A DNA stretch of 64,000 nucleotides from Zootoca vivipara (lineage: Eukaryota): contig NC_083276.1 in the NCBI RefSeq assembly GCF_963506605.1, forward strand, positions 44,020,001-44,084,000, given 5' to 3'. Under the pieces are notes generated by a model. The model did no database searches. It was not told the DNA's origin and saw nothing but the letters and a program-made list of their open reading frames with translations. The position numbers and the translations under genes are program-made. This document shows, piece by piece, positions 37,740 through 53,100 of this stretch. The stretch's first letter is position 1. Each line of letters opens with the position of its first letter.

Positions 37740-38794
37740 CAGCCTTCTTCCAATTCTTTATCCAACTGAAGACGTCCATTTTAGTCTACAAACCTCAATT
37801 TCCAAAGAAGAAAGATGGCAGGATTCAGAAGAGGGAACAAAGCAGGACATGCATCATATGGCTTCTTTTGTTGCTTGTATACAGACTTGATTTGAGAATC
37901 CAGGAAAATAGCACAACAGAGACTTTGCTTCCTTACTCTTTTTAATATATCCTCAGGGTTTCGTTTTCTGGCTTCAAATATTTCCATGGTACCTTCTCCC
38001 CCTTTTGCAGTAGAATAGTAGAGTGTGAGGCAACTGAGCAAAGGCAGAAGAGGATGCATTCAGTGAATGTCATTACCTCACTCAATATTTCATGTCATCA
38101 CTAAAATGGTGGATGAGTAATTTTCATGAACTTTGTCTTTAAGCTGACCTTAGTTTACAAAACACCTAGATTTCATGGTCAAGCCATACATGATGGGGTG
38201 GGATGGGGGTGCATTTTATATTCTTATAATTGGAATTTGTAGTTCAGCAACTACTACTACTGAGAATGGGGCTTTAAAACACATCATTGTTGACATTCAA
38301 TATATATAGGAGAGAACTACATTTTGTGAGCCATAGCAATTCTCATTTGGATACCAAGGGGATGAGTAGTCCAGCTACACACAAAAAACCTGTATAGTTG
38401 GACATGGGACTCTCACAAAAATTTTAGGAGTTTATCCCCCATTTTATTCTGGAAAGACTGGGTGTTTGCCACCAACCCTACTAGTCATTGCTCTACCCAG
38501 AGATACTTTATGGTGGCTGGAGGACCTAGGGGAGGTGAAAGGGCCTACACAGCACCTAATGATCAACTCGGGATTCCAATCAAAACACTTCCAGGTGAAG
38601 AGCTCTGTTGCAAATTGTTGTATGAGTTGTCAGAAATCATCTTTTCCTTTTCCGGTAAATGCTGCATATTATTTGGACGCTGGTAGTGCTGAAAAGAGAT
38701 TTTGATCTGCGAAATGTTCCATCAAAAAGCAACATTTGGAAAGTTATGCAGAGCTTAAGGTTGAGTGAAAACTATTTTGTAATGCTGTTTCCTA

Positions 38795-38800
38795 AATAAA
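38795..38800 (+). terminator. Candidate SNAP23 poly(A) signal (a distal AATAAA also lies at ~40124)
   Basis: AATAAA about 1.05 kb after the stop codon; usage not verifiable from sequence. Confidence 0.4.
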
Positions 38801-40495
38801 TTCATCCTTCCCTACACAAACTATGAATCTAGTTGTGTACCAAAAAGCCAACATCTGGAGAGCAGCATCTTGAGATATTTATTCAGAGCAAAACACTTAC
38901 AGGATTTCTAGAGAGACCTCCAAAGCAGGGTACAATCTAGTTTCCAATGAGAACAAAAACTATGGTTGTTACAGTGAGTTTGCATCTACCGTGGCTTGAT
39001 AAAACTCAGTTCTTTAAATTGTTTTTAATTGACTACAGTTGTGTGCTCACCTGGTTTTCTTCAGCAGCTCATTACAAAATAAGAGTTGTGTCATCTTTTA
39101 GTTGGAACCATATGCGTGTTAAGCTTCAAACCTGTACTGAAATATGTGAAAGACTGAAGTCAGTATTGAAACATAGCTTTGCTGCTTCTATCTTTCTTAT
39201 CATGAGACTGAATGTGTGTTTATTTTACAAACTTTAAAGCTGTGGCTTGGCTATAGGTTATTCCTTGCTCTGCAAATTGTGATCCCTCAAGCTTGAATGT
39301 ACACCATCAACTATGTGTTGTGTAATCCTGAAGCAGGTAGCAAAGCTTGAAGCCCATGAGGAACTGCCATTCATGACTTCTAGACTACATTTAATTTGAC
39401 GGGTTGCAAGTTGTTCAGGCCTTCTGTAGTGAGTGCTTAGCATATAACCTTCAGTTCATTTCTGTTTCAGGATGAAGGTGCTTGATTTAGCTTTCTTAGA
39501 GGACTGGTTCAACAAAAAATGTTACAGTTCCAAGGATTCTCAAGAAAGTTTTAGTTCACTCTTCTAATTAAGAGTTCACCAAACAGCATTGGAATCATTT
39601 TGTTTTCTAAAGAGATACGTACTTAGTGCTTTGTGCTGCTGTATATGTTTAAGCTGGATTTTTTTTATCATATGTAGAAATTATAAATTGATCATAATTT
39701 GAGGGTGGAGCGTAGTTCCCAACCCTTCCATAGAAGGAAAAATAGTTCATGTAGACAGTTTCTGAGTGCTTTTTCTTTGTAAAAAGACTGCCCAGTAAAT
39801 AGCTGTGCCTTGTGGTGGTTGCTGCCAGACAAGAGCTTAAAACAAATTGGCTCATTGTATTGCCACTTCCCATAGATGACAAGAGGATACCTCATTTTTC
39901 TACCGCTCTGCATGTCAATTCCAACTGAGCCATAATTTTTTTATTAAGACAAAGCTCAGTCTTCCATGTAACCTGCTGTCAACAAGGGTGAGGTGGTAAT
40001 TCTAGCTGTGTAGGGTAGAAACTGCGCACATCACTGTCGGTTTGTTTATTGTATTAGTAATAGTGAAACATGCAATCCTCAAAGCTGGAAATGGCAGTTC
40101 GCACACTAAACCTTGTCTATGGAAATAAAATGGTGAATATTCAAGTGCCGTAATAACTGTTACTGTTAATTTCAGATTTACCAGGCTACCATCACAGATA
40201 GTGAAAATGTGGCTTTCTAATGCACATGTGTTCAGTAGCCTCTGGAAACACTACAGCAGTGTGAAAAAGTACTTGGATGTGGATAGCATATTTTCTTGTG
40301 TTATAACTGAAACTTTGAATTCTTAAATAGCTTTTAACTGCATAGTGCTCTACATCAAACTATACCTTCTTTTTTGCTTTCTAGATTGCCCATTTTAAGC
40401 TGTAATTAAGCGAATGCCTCAGGTTTCTACTTGCTGGACTGAATAAATTAACTTATGGTTGCCTGCATTGCCTGTCTCTTTCAAAAACACATGTA

Positions 40496-40791
40496 CAGTG
40501 GTGCCTCGACTTACGAATTTAATCCGTTCCGAAGGCACCTTCGTAGGTCGAAAAATTCGTAAGTCAAAAAGCGCCATTGGAAACGCGATTTCCCATAGGA
40601 ATGCATTGGAAACGGAAAAATCCTTAAGTCGAAGCAACCCCATCTAAAAATTCGCAAGTCGAAAAAACCCTATCTAAAACTGCCGCGGTTTCCGTTTGGA
40701 TGTCGAGAAATTCATAAGCGTGCGGCCATTTGCCCCATTCGTAAGTCGAAAAATTTGGTTGTCGAGTCGTTCGTACGCCGAGGTACCACTG
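40496..40791. mobile_element. Tigger-like MITE
   Basis: TA|CAGTGGTGCCTCG...CGAGGTACCACTG|TA. Confidence 0.88.
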
Positions 40792-40961
40792 TAATGCTGA
40801 CTAGCATTGAAAATCGAACTTAGTACTACCTTGTTGCCTACTTTAGAGAGTAAGCTACAAGTGATTTTTCTAATCAGAACTAACTGAATTATTCTTTGTT
40901 GCTGCTGTGGCAGCCTTTTCTAAAAACAACATATTTTATGTAGCAAAAGAGGAAGTACAGA

Positions 40962-41251
40962 TGTCCATTCTGAAGATCAGCCCTGAGTGCTCACTGGAAG
41001 GACAGATCCTGAAGCTGAGGCTCCAATACTTTGGCCACCTCATGAGAAGACTCCCTGGAAAGGACCCAGATGTTGGGAAAGATGGAGGGCAAAAGGAGAA
41101 GGGGACGACAGAGGACAAGATGGTTGGACAGTGTTCTCGAAGCTACGAACATGAGTTTGACCAAACTGCGGGAGGCAGTGCAAGACAGGAGTGCCTGGCG
41201 TGCTATGGTCCATGGGGTCACGAAGAGTCGGACACGACTAAACGACAACAA
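40962..41251 (+). mobile_element. BovB LINE 3' end
   Basis: SPECSLEGQILKLRLQYFGHLMRR; MLGKMEGKRRRGRQRTRWLD...AWRAMVHGVTKSRTRLND. Confidence 0.92.
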
Positions 41252-42185
41252 AGCCTCAGATATTCTCCTTTCCATATATTTGTGTCAAGTAGCATAACCC
41301 CTGAAGTTTGTCAAGCTTCTGAGGAATTTCTAAGAATTTAGTGTCACACTGGCTATGTGCAATTCTTTAGTTTAGTTTTGTGGGAGTGGCTTAATCTTAC
41401 CAGAACTCTCCCCCAAATGGAACAGTTGATCCATATAGTCCTGTTTAGTAAAATATTTTCTCCTGCATACTTATTTGATCCCTACTCCTCACTTGCTAGT
41501 AGAAGATAAACATGGTGGGGGAAGGGGAAGAATATATGCTTAATGTGCATAATGGTTCTCAAATCAGGTTTTCTTAGCATTGCATAATAAGCGTGAGTGG
41601 TAAGGCACCTGATAAGGTTAGCCTTAACAAATACATCTGCCCAACTTTGCACTCAGATTTTGGTACATATGATAAGAGCATTCATCGTCTGATTTTGCAG
41701 TCATTTTATATCACATTCTAGATCTTTACAACTATATGAGGTAGGTTAGCTGAGAGTTAGTGACTGACCCAAGGTAGGAAACAAAAACAATCAGTTAAGT
41801 GAGCTTAACATGTGAAACAGCACATTCTCAGTACTTTTGCAAGAGCACTTGGGTTTTCAAATGGCAACTTCCAAGTCACACACATCTCCCTGAAATTTAG
41901 ACTCAACAGATGTGGTTTTTGTACTACATGGAACTCTATATGCAAGAACTGGGGGTGGGAGGCAAGAGTATAGGTTTCCAAGGGAAATTCTTTACACAGC
42001 CTTTAAACTCAAACTATCAACTCCTTCCCCAGCAATTAAATCCAAGTTACAAAAAAAAACACTATATGTTGTTCCTTCAATCACACCCAAAGCATCCACC
42101 TGTAGCGACAAGCATGCATATTAATCTTGACAGCCACACACCCTACAGAAAGATGAATTATACTGTACTGCTTTTTTCTAGGTAT

Positions 42186-42252
42186 TTTATTTTAAATACT
42201 TTATAAGGAGCAATGTATTTTACAGGAACAATTTTAGCTGTGCATATTTATT
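42186..42252 (-). terminator. Candidate LRRC57 poly(A) signals
   Basis: Minus-strand AATAAA at 42191-42186 and 42252-42247, about 0.9-1 kb after the stop. Confidence 0.45.
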
Positions 42253-43180
42253 CAGATTACATGATGTGAATTTATATATTAACTGAAGTTTGTCAAAAGG
42301 TGCCAAAAAGCTTAAGACAGTTGTGGATGCAATATCTTTTTAATAAAAAATATACAAGTTATTCAACAAAGTTGCATATCTTAGGTCCTCCTGGGTGCTT
42401 TGTATAAGGCAGTAATAAGGTGATCATCCCCTTTAAGCAGTTGAGTTTGCTCCTGCCATGAACACAGAGTGCAAAGATGTCAGCTCCCTCCCCCATCAAA
42501 TGCAGTGTAGACATTATGATCCTGTATTTCATTCATTTAGCATGCTCAGGTGAACTAGAGGGCACTTCACCATCAAATGGAAGACAAGCCATTCAAGGGG
42601 AGGTGAGCATGAGATGAAGCTAGGACAACTATTTTTGATTAGACATATTGAGCTACTATCAGCCCAATTACTTGTGCTTTCAAATGTACATGATTTTTAT
42701 TTATTTTTTAAAAAAGATCAGTCTCCTCTACACTATAAAACATTTAATGCAAAGAGATGACTTTGCATTCTAGAGTTAATCCTGTTACAGAACCTCAGTG
42801 TACTCCTTGGCAAATGTTCCCCTTAGTGTTATCTTCATGTACTCCTTACTTTATATAAGTAAGCCAACATCTGTAATAAAACCTCTGCAGCCCAAGTGAG
42901 TAACATTTTTCTTCTTACAACATAATGATCCCTGAAGATGGAGAATCACATAAGCAGAAGTGCCTTGTTAGCTGCAAAGGTGTAAAGCGTAACGTAAAAG
43001 ATAGTTCCACCAATTCCTGGTTTCACTTTGTGGCCTTAAAAACAACATATTCCACCACTTCAAAGTTCTCTTGCAGTTAAAGCCTTGAATGTCCTTCTCC
43101 CGAAAAGACTTAGCAGCATATAAGCTATGTGCATCGCACCTCTTGTCTCTCCTTCATGAAATGAGACCCATAGCAATCCA

Positions 43181-46905
<3,725 letters not shown>

Positions 46906-48265
46906 TCAGATACTAACAAATGTGTGTAGCACAAGTCCAGCTGAGTCACTTTCATTCACACCACATTAGGCAACATAGGTTTATGTTCTATTAAAAGGTA
47001 AATTTATAATACTTATGATACAGGATTATCAAAGTCACTTTTTCCCAGCAGCGCAATCATCTTTACAAGAAAAGCAAAGCACTCGGGCCTATTTCTCAGG
47101 GGATAAGAAATCAAGCGTATATTGATCTGATCATCATGACATAGAGGTTGAGCTGGACAGTTAATGAAAAAGAACTATATGGAAATATGGGCATATGCAG
47201 TACGTAGGACAGATTTAGACAAAGTCTGCAATACTGAATGCGTTTAAGCTGTACTGAAAACAATTTGTTTCCAGGTCAGCATGCTGATGCTCGTAGTCCA
47301 AGAAGATTAAGGCTGCAATCCTCCATGCACCTACCTGGGAGTAAATCCCACTGAACTCAAAGGGACATATTTCTGAGTAGACATGCCCAGGTTTTTACTG
47401 TAATTTATTCGGCCTTGTAGAAGAAGCTTTACTAAGTAGGTTATGTAATCAGGCAGGCCGGCCCATCCAGTAACAAGCTTTATGATGTTAGAAGCCATGA
47501 GAACTTATTTATAGTCTACCCTCGGCTCAGCATATGCAAACTAGGGAATAAGTCACATTCACAGGGGCTTACTTCTTGTGTATTAGATTTATTCATTGTT
47601 ATTCACAAGAAAATGTCTCAAAGCTACTTACAAATCCATTAAGAACAAAACAGAATTGACAATTGTTTAAAAAAACAAGTACACAGTTTTTTTTTTAAAA
47701 AAAGCTTGGCTATAGCTCAGGTTATTGAAGAGAAACCTTAACCACAAGTTCAGTTCCGGACAACATGTTAAGTCAAACTTTGGTTTAGCTAAGCAAAACA
47801 CGACTGGAGTAAAGTAGCTACAAGCTCCTCTCCCAGAGCCTGTGTGCTTGCACAGTCCAGGTAAGTCATAGTTAGCTTACCCTGTCATGTGAATGGGGTC
47901 ACAAAGAAATACCAGCAGTCACATAGGATGGTGGAAAGGTACTTGCACAACAGGTTCTAGCACATATCCTTCAATCAAGCTCACAAAGTATTGAACTAAT
48001 GAGCCAGCATAGAAAAAGATTTCTTTGTAAACGTAGTTTTGATATTTTTTCCTGAAAATTCCTGATTATCAAGTGGTTAATATATTCAAATATATTCACA
48101 TTCTTAAAGGATCAAAAGCATAGATGTTAGCAGAAGATACCATAAAATATTTAACCCCTCAATGGTTCCACTTTTTGCTTTCCTCATTCCCAAATACTCT
48201 ACAGAATACAGTACTGCAAACAAAGGTTGCAGATATGAGCTCACATACCGTAATTGATTCAAGTT

Positions 48266-48516
48266 ACAGGTAGGTAGCAGTGTTGGTCTGAGTCGAAGCA
48301 AAATAAAAAAATTCCTTCAGTAGCACCTTAAAGACCAACTAAGTTTATATTTGGTATGAGCTTTTGTGTGCATGCACACTTCTTCAGATACACTTGAAAC
48401 TGGTTTCAGGCGGACTACTGGTTTCAAGTGTATCTGAAGAAGTGTGCATGCACACAAAAGCTCATACCAAAATAAAAACTTAGTTGGTCTTTAAGGTGCT
48501 ACTGAAGGAATTTTTA
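48266..48516. mobile_element. Penelope-like element remnant (inverted repeats)
   Basis: Long inverted arms; perfect 15-bp TSD taattgattcaagtt (48251-48265, 48517-48531). Confidence 0.85.
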
Positions 48517-49439
48517 TAATTGATTCAAGTTTGGGTTCCACAGCTATAGGAATCACAAAGGCCTATGGATTTTTAACTTCCCAATGTCAACACTGTTTCT
48601 TTTCTGCACCACCCAAGTTCCAGTATATGCATATAATATAACAAAATCCTTATTCACTCAATAACAGTATTTAAACAATGAGTCTCAGTTCCCCTGAACC
48701 AGCTTTTGCCTGCTCTCCAAGCCGCCTCCTCACTCCTCTCAGTTGAAGCTGGGAAGACAGGCTGTGGGTAGGTGAAGACAGTTCTGATCTAAATAAAGAG
48801 GACAAGATGAAACCCAGCTGCCCCATCTTCCTCCATCTCAGCTGGCGGAATTGAAAACAACAACACTTCGCCTAACTTTTCACTTCCACATATGGCAAAC
48901 AATATGCCATCTCTATCCAGCGAAGAGGCTGTATCCATCGCAGGCGATGCTCAGAGTAAGCCCACTGAAATTAATAGACATGACTAACACTAATTTCAAT
49001 GGGTCTACTCCGAGTACAGTACTTGGATACAACCCAGGCGGACTATGGGTGGGGTGGGGAAAAGAGAGCAGCATATTTATCTAAAATGGGCGTTGTCCAA
49101 GTTGTCCTACGTTAGAGGGAAAGAGCCCAAGTTTATCTTTATTCAGAGAAGTCAGCCACACTGAATTCAATGCGACTAGGCTGCAAGCTTCAGCATACTG
49201 GCTTGGAGCAGCAACCATCGCATTCAAACAGGACTTACTTCCGAGTAGACACACACTGAAGTGGGCTGCCCAGATGCGCTGCGCCTGCCACACAGTTTTA
49301 ACTTCCCAGGTGCAGCTACTTTTAGGTAAAGATGCACAGGCTATAAACGGAGGGATCTCTTCCCTGCTGCTCCTAGAAAAGAGGACGGGAACCAGGGGCT
49401 TTCTCGGGAGAATGACCTAAGAGGTGGACAAGCACCTGA

Positions 49440-50130
49440 GCTTGTCTTACCTGTAACTACGGTCGCCGCCGCTTCGCATCCTAGCAACAAGCACACGCAG
49501 TAGCAGAAACGCCTGCCGCACTGTTTTTAATCCCCCACGGCGAATCGCAAGCCCCGGATGACAGCACAACCCCGCCGCCTAACGTGAATAATGGCGAAGC
49601 CTGTGCCCGGAATAAGCTTTAGGTGGAGGTTCTCCGGGGGTGGACATTACCCACACGGCCGGGTTCACTTCCGCCAACAATCAACATGGCGGGAAGGGCC
49701 ACGGCGCCCGGGTGCCGTTGAGCTCCACAGGGTTATCTTGTCTCGCCGCAGCCCGGTACGGCTATAAGTAGGCGCCAGGGAGGGCTGCGTCAGGGCTGCG
49801 CCTCCTCTGTCGGGGGTCCCCTCAATCCCTGCCACAAATATATTTATATAAGCAACCCCTCGTCTAAAGAGCCGCTTGCCCGCACTCGAGATGGCGGCGC
49901 GAGTTTGAAAGAAAGCGCGAGGCGGCGCTTCGCATTCGAAGGCGAGGCGCGCGCAAGAGTTTCCGCGCGGCGGCGGATGCTTGCCTTGCCATGGCTTCTT
50001 CGAATCCGTGGGCTCCTGTGCAGCCGTCGGCGGCTGGGCTGCTGCTGGCTGGCTGCCTATCCGCGGGGGTGGTGTCCCAGGTGAGACGGACCGCGCTTTT
50101 TCTCCCTCCCCACGTTGTATAAATACACGT
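49440..50130. promoter_or_regulatory. Bidirectional CpG-island promoter LRRC57/HAUS2, including the LRRC57 non-coding exon 1 donor (CAG|gtaaga at 49451/49450)
   Basis: CpG-rich; ETS-like cacttccg ~49666; YY1-like ATGGCGG at ~49686 and ~49891; E2F GGCGGGAA 49688-49695; CHR TTTGAA 49904-49909. Confidence 0.85.
49991..50080 (+). CDS. HAUS2: HAUS2 exon 1
   Basis: gccATGG; [30 protein letters not shown]; donor gtgaga. Confidence 0.92.
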
Positions 50131-53100
50131 AACGCAAAACCATCATCTGAAATGTGTAAATACGCGTTATGCAAAACCATACTCTGAAATGTGTTCGTTT
50201 CTGCCTAAACTTTGGGAATGTGCTGCTGCTCAGTTTATTAGTTTCGATTTTACTGGGATGGAAAAGTCATATTTGAAGCTGCCTGCTGCTTTTAAAGGAT
50301 GCTGATAATATCGATATGTTCATAGGCTGCCCAGTATGTTCTGTCCTGGTTGGCAGCATTTCTCCAAGAAGTCAAGGGAGGCCCTTTTTGTAACCTTGCT
50401 ATCTGACACCTTTTGCAAACATAGTTTTTTGTCCTTGTTCCTTCGTCCAGCTGGAACAATGCCGGTGTGCTTGTGGTGTGTTTAAAAGGTAAGGGGATCG
50501 TGACCGACTCTGGGGTTGCAGCGCTCATCTCGTGTTATTGGCCGAGGGAGCCAGCGTATAGCTTCCAGGTCATGTGGCCAGCATGACAAAGCCGCTTCTG
50601 GCGAACCAGAGCAGCACACAGAAACACTGTTTACCTTCCCGCTATTTATCTACTTGCACTTTGATGTGCTTTCAAACTGCTAGGTTGGCAGGAGCTGGGA
50701 CCAAGCAACGGGAGCTCACCCCGTCACAGGGATTTGAACCGCCAACCTGATCGGCAAGCCCTAGGCTCTGTGGTTTAACCCACAGCGCCACCCGTGTGGT
50801 GTTTACTTTTGCTTAAAAGTACGTCTAGGTGGTGGGCTTACTGTGAAAGAAACATGCGTATGGTAAAAAATATTAACTTCCACCCTAGTTGTAGTTTTAT
50901 AGTTGTTAGTTCTTGTAGCTCTCTGGAGCACCTGGATTGGATTCTGTTCCTAAATAGAAACGAAATATCTTATTTTCCTTTTGTTGCATCCTCAGGAAAA
51001 CTGGTTATTTAAATTCTAAAAGCCTGAGCCACTTGACTCTGCGTAACTATGGATGGAGAATTCCCATAAGTTCAGTAGGGGGAAATGGGGGTCTGTGCAT
51101 GTGTAACCCTCGTTGTTTTTAATTCCATAGAAGTGACTTTTGTTCCAGAGCACAAGTAGCTTACACAAAGTGAAACATAGAAAGCTGCCTTGTACTGAGT
51201 CAAATCATTTATCCATCTAGCTCAATACTGTCAGGTCTGTCAGTGCGTCTCCATAGTTTCAGTCTGGGCTCCCTCCCAGCACTGTCTGGAGATGACAGGG
51301 ATTGAACATGCCATCTTCTGCGTGCAAAAGAGATGCTCCGCTACTGAGCCACAGCCCATCCCCAAAGTGGAGGGAAAAGGCTTGATTGGAGGTATGAGCA
51401 GATGCAGGCAACGGCCGATTTACATGCTTCTGATGGAGATGCAGTTGCACATGTGTGTGTTGTGCTGAACCCATAAATGACCCGAAAACATCACTAAAAC
51501 AGAGTGGAACACTTTACGCAGGCCTTGCCAATGCATGTTAGGGTCTGGAAGTAGGATGGGTGTAATATGCTCAAACTGCCATGCCCCAGTGAGTAAGCTT
51601 TGCTGCTGAATTCTGCACCAGTTGCACTGTCTTTAGAGGCAGCCATATAACACGTTGCAGCAATCCAACCTAGAGGTTACCAGGGCATAGACAAGAGTAG
51701 TTAGGCTAACCCTGTCCAGTTGGGCTACCAGCTGGAGCTTATGGAAGGCACTCTGCACCACTGAAGCCACCTGAGCCTCAAGCGACACCAATGAATTCAG
51801 AAGTATCCCCAAGCTGCGTACCTGCTCCTTCAGAGGAAGTGTAGCCCCAGTCGAGATCAGGCAACCTTCTACCTATCTGGTCTGGGAAACCATCCACAAA
51901 CAGTGGTATCTGGATTGAGCTTCAGTTGGTTGGCTATCATCCAGTCGGTTACTGACGTAAGACAACCTAATAAATACCCCTAATAAATGTAAGGGTGACA
52001 ATTTCAGAAATGTGAACTGCTCCTCCACACCACCCATTATTCATTTTCACTGGCTTGTCCTTCATTTCTCCAGGCAAAGACATTAGGATTGCAACCTAAA
52101 TGTATTCAAGACTGGAACCCTAATTTCAAGGAAGTTTGAATTGCTTATGTTAATTGAGAATTTTCATGTTTCTGTTTCAGGAAACTGTGGATAGATGTGG
52201 AAAACCAGCTCCTTGCTTTGTTCGCCTCACAGAGGCAGAACAAATTGCTGATCTCCAAGCTGAAATCAGTGAGGTAAAATAATCTTTGAGCATCAGAATA
52301 GGAGCTCTACTGAATAGGCCATACATACAATTTCCTCTGAATTGTAATAAATGATTTCATAGTGATGAAACAGTACTATAGGACCATAGAGTTGGAGGGG
52401 CTTTGTAGGCTATCTAGTCCAATGCGTGAAATCCAGAGCTACAGTATCTCCACCAGATGACTGTGCTTGAAGACCTCCAATGAGGGAGAGGCCACTGCCT
52501 CCTTATGTAATTTTTCTATTGTTGAACTGTTATTACATTTAAGAGGTTTCACCTAATATTCAGCTGAAACCAACCCTACTGTAACTTAGTCCTGCCCTTT
52601 GGAGCAGAAGAGAACAACAATTTGCCCTCATTACTGTGAATCATCTTCATTTTTCTCCTCTTCACCTCTTTTAATTTGTCTATATATCCTCCTTAAAGTG
52701 TGGTGCCCAGAACTGGACAGTTTTTTCAGATGGACAAGATAAAGTGGAACTTGGAAACTGTGGTTTGATTAATGCATCTTAAAGTTGCATTTGCGTCCCT
52801 CCTCCCTTTTTCTTTGGCCACTACACCGCTGATTCATTTTAGTTCATGATCAGCTATAAATCTGAGCTGGTTTTGGTATGTACTATTGCCAAACCATGCA
52901 TCCACTTTAACTATGCATTTCTTTCTTTTTCTGTTTTGCCTGGTTTCAAAATAATAAATAATAATTTATTATTTATACCCCGCCCATCTGGCTGGGTTTC
53001 CAGCCAAATAAAAAGATAATGTTTTTTAAAATATATTTTTCACTTGGTAAGAAGCACTTCTTATCATGTGAACAATATATTTTGAAATCAATCCAGGACT

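Noticed and set aside
51290-51362. tRNA-like sequence (also the heads at ~18220-18278 and in Sauria SINEs)
   Set aside because: Degenerate A/B boxes joined to SINE bodies; no intact cloverleaf.
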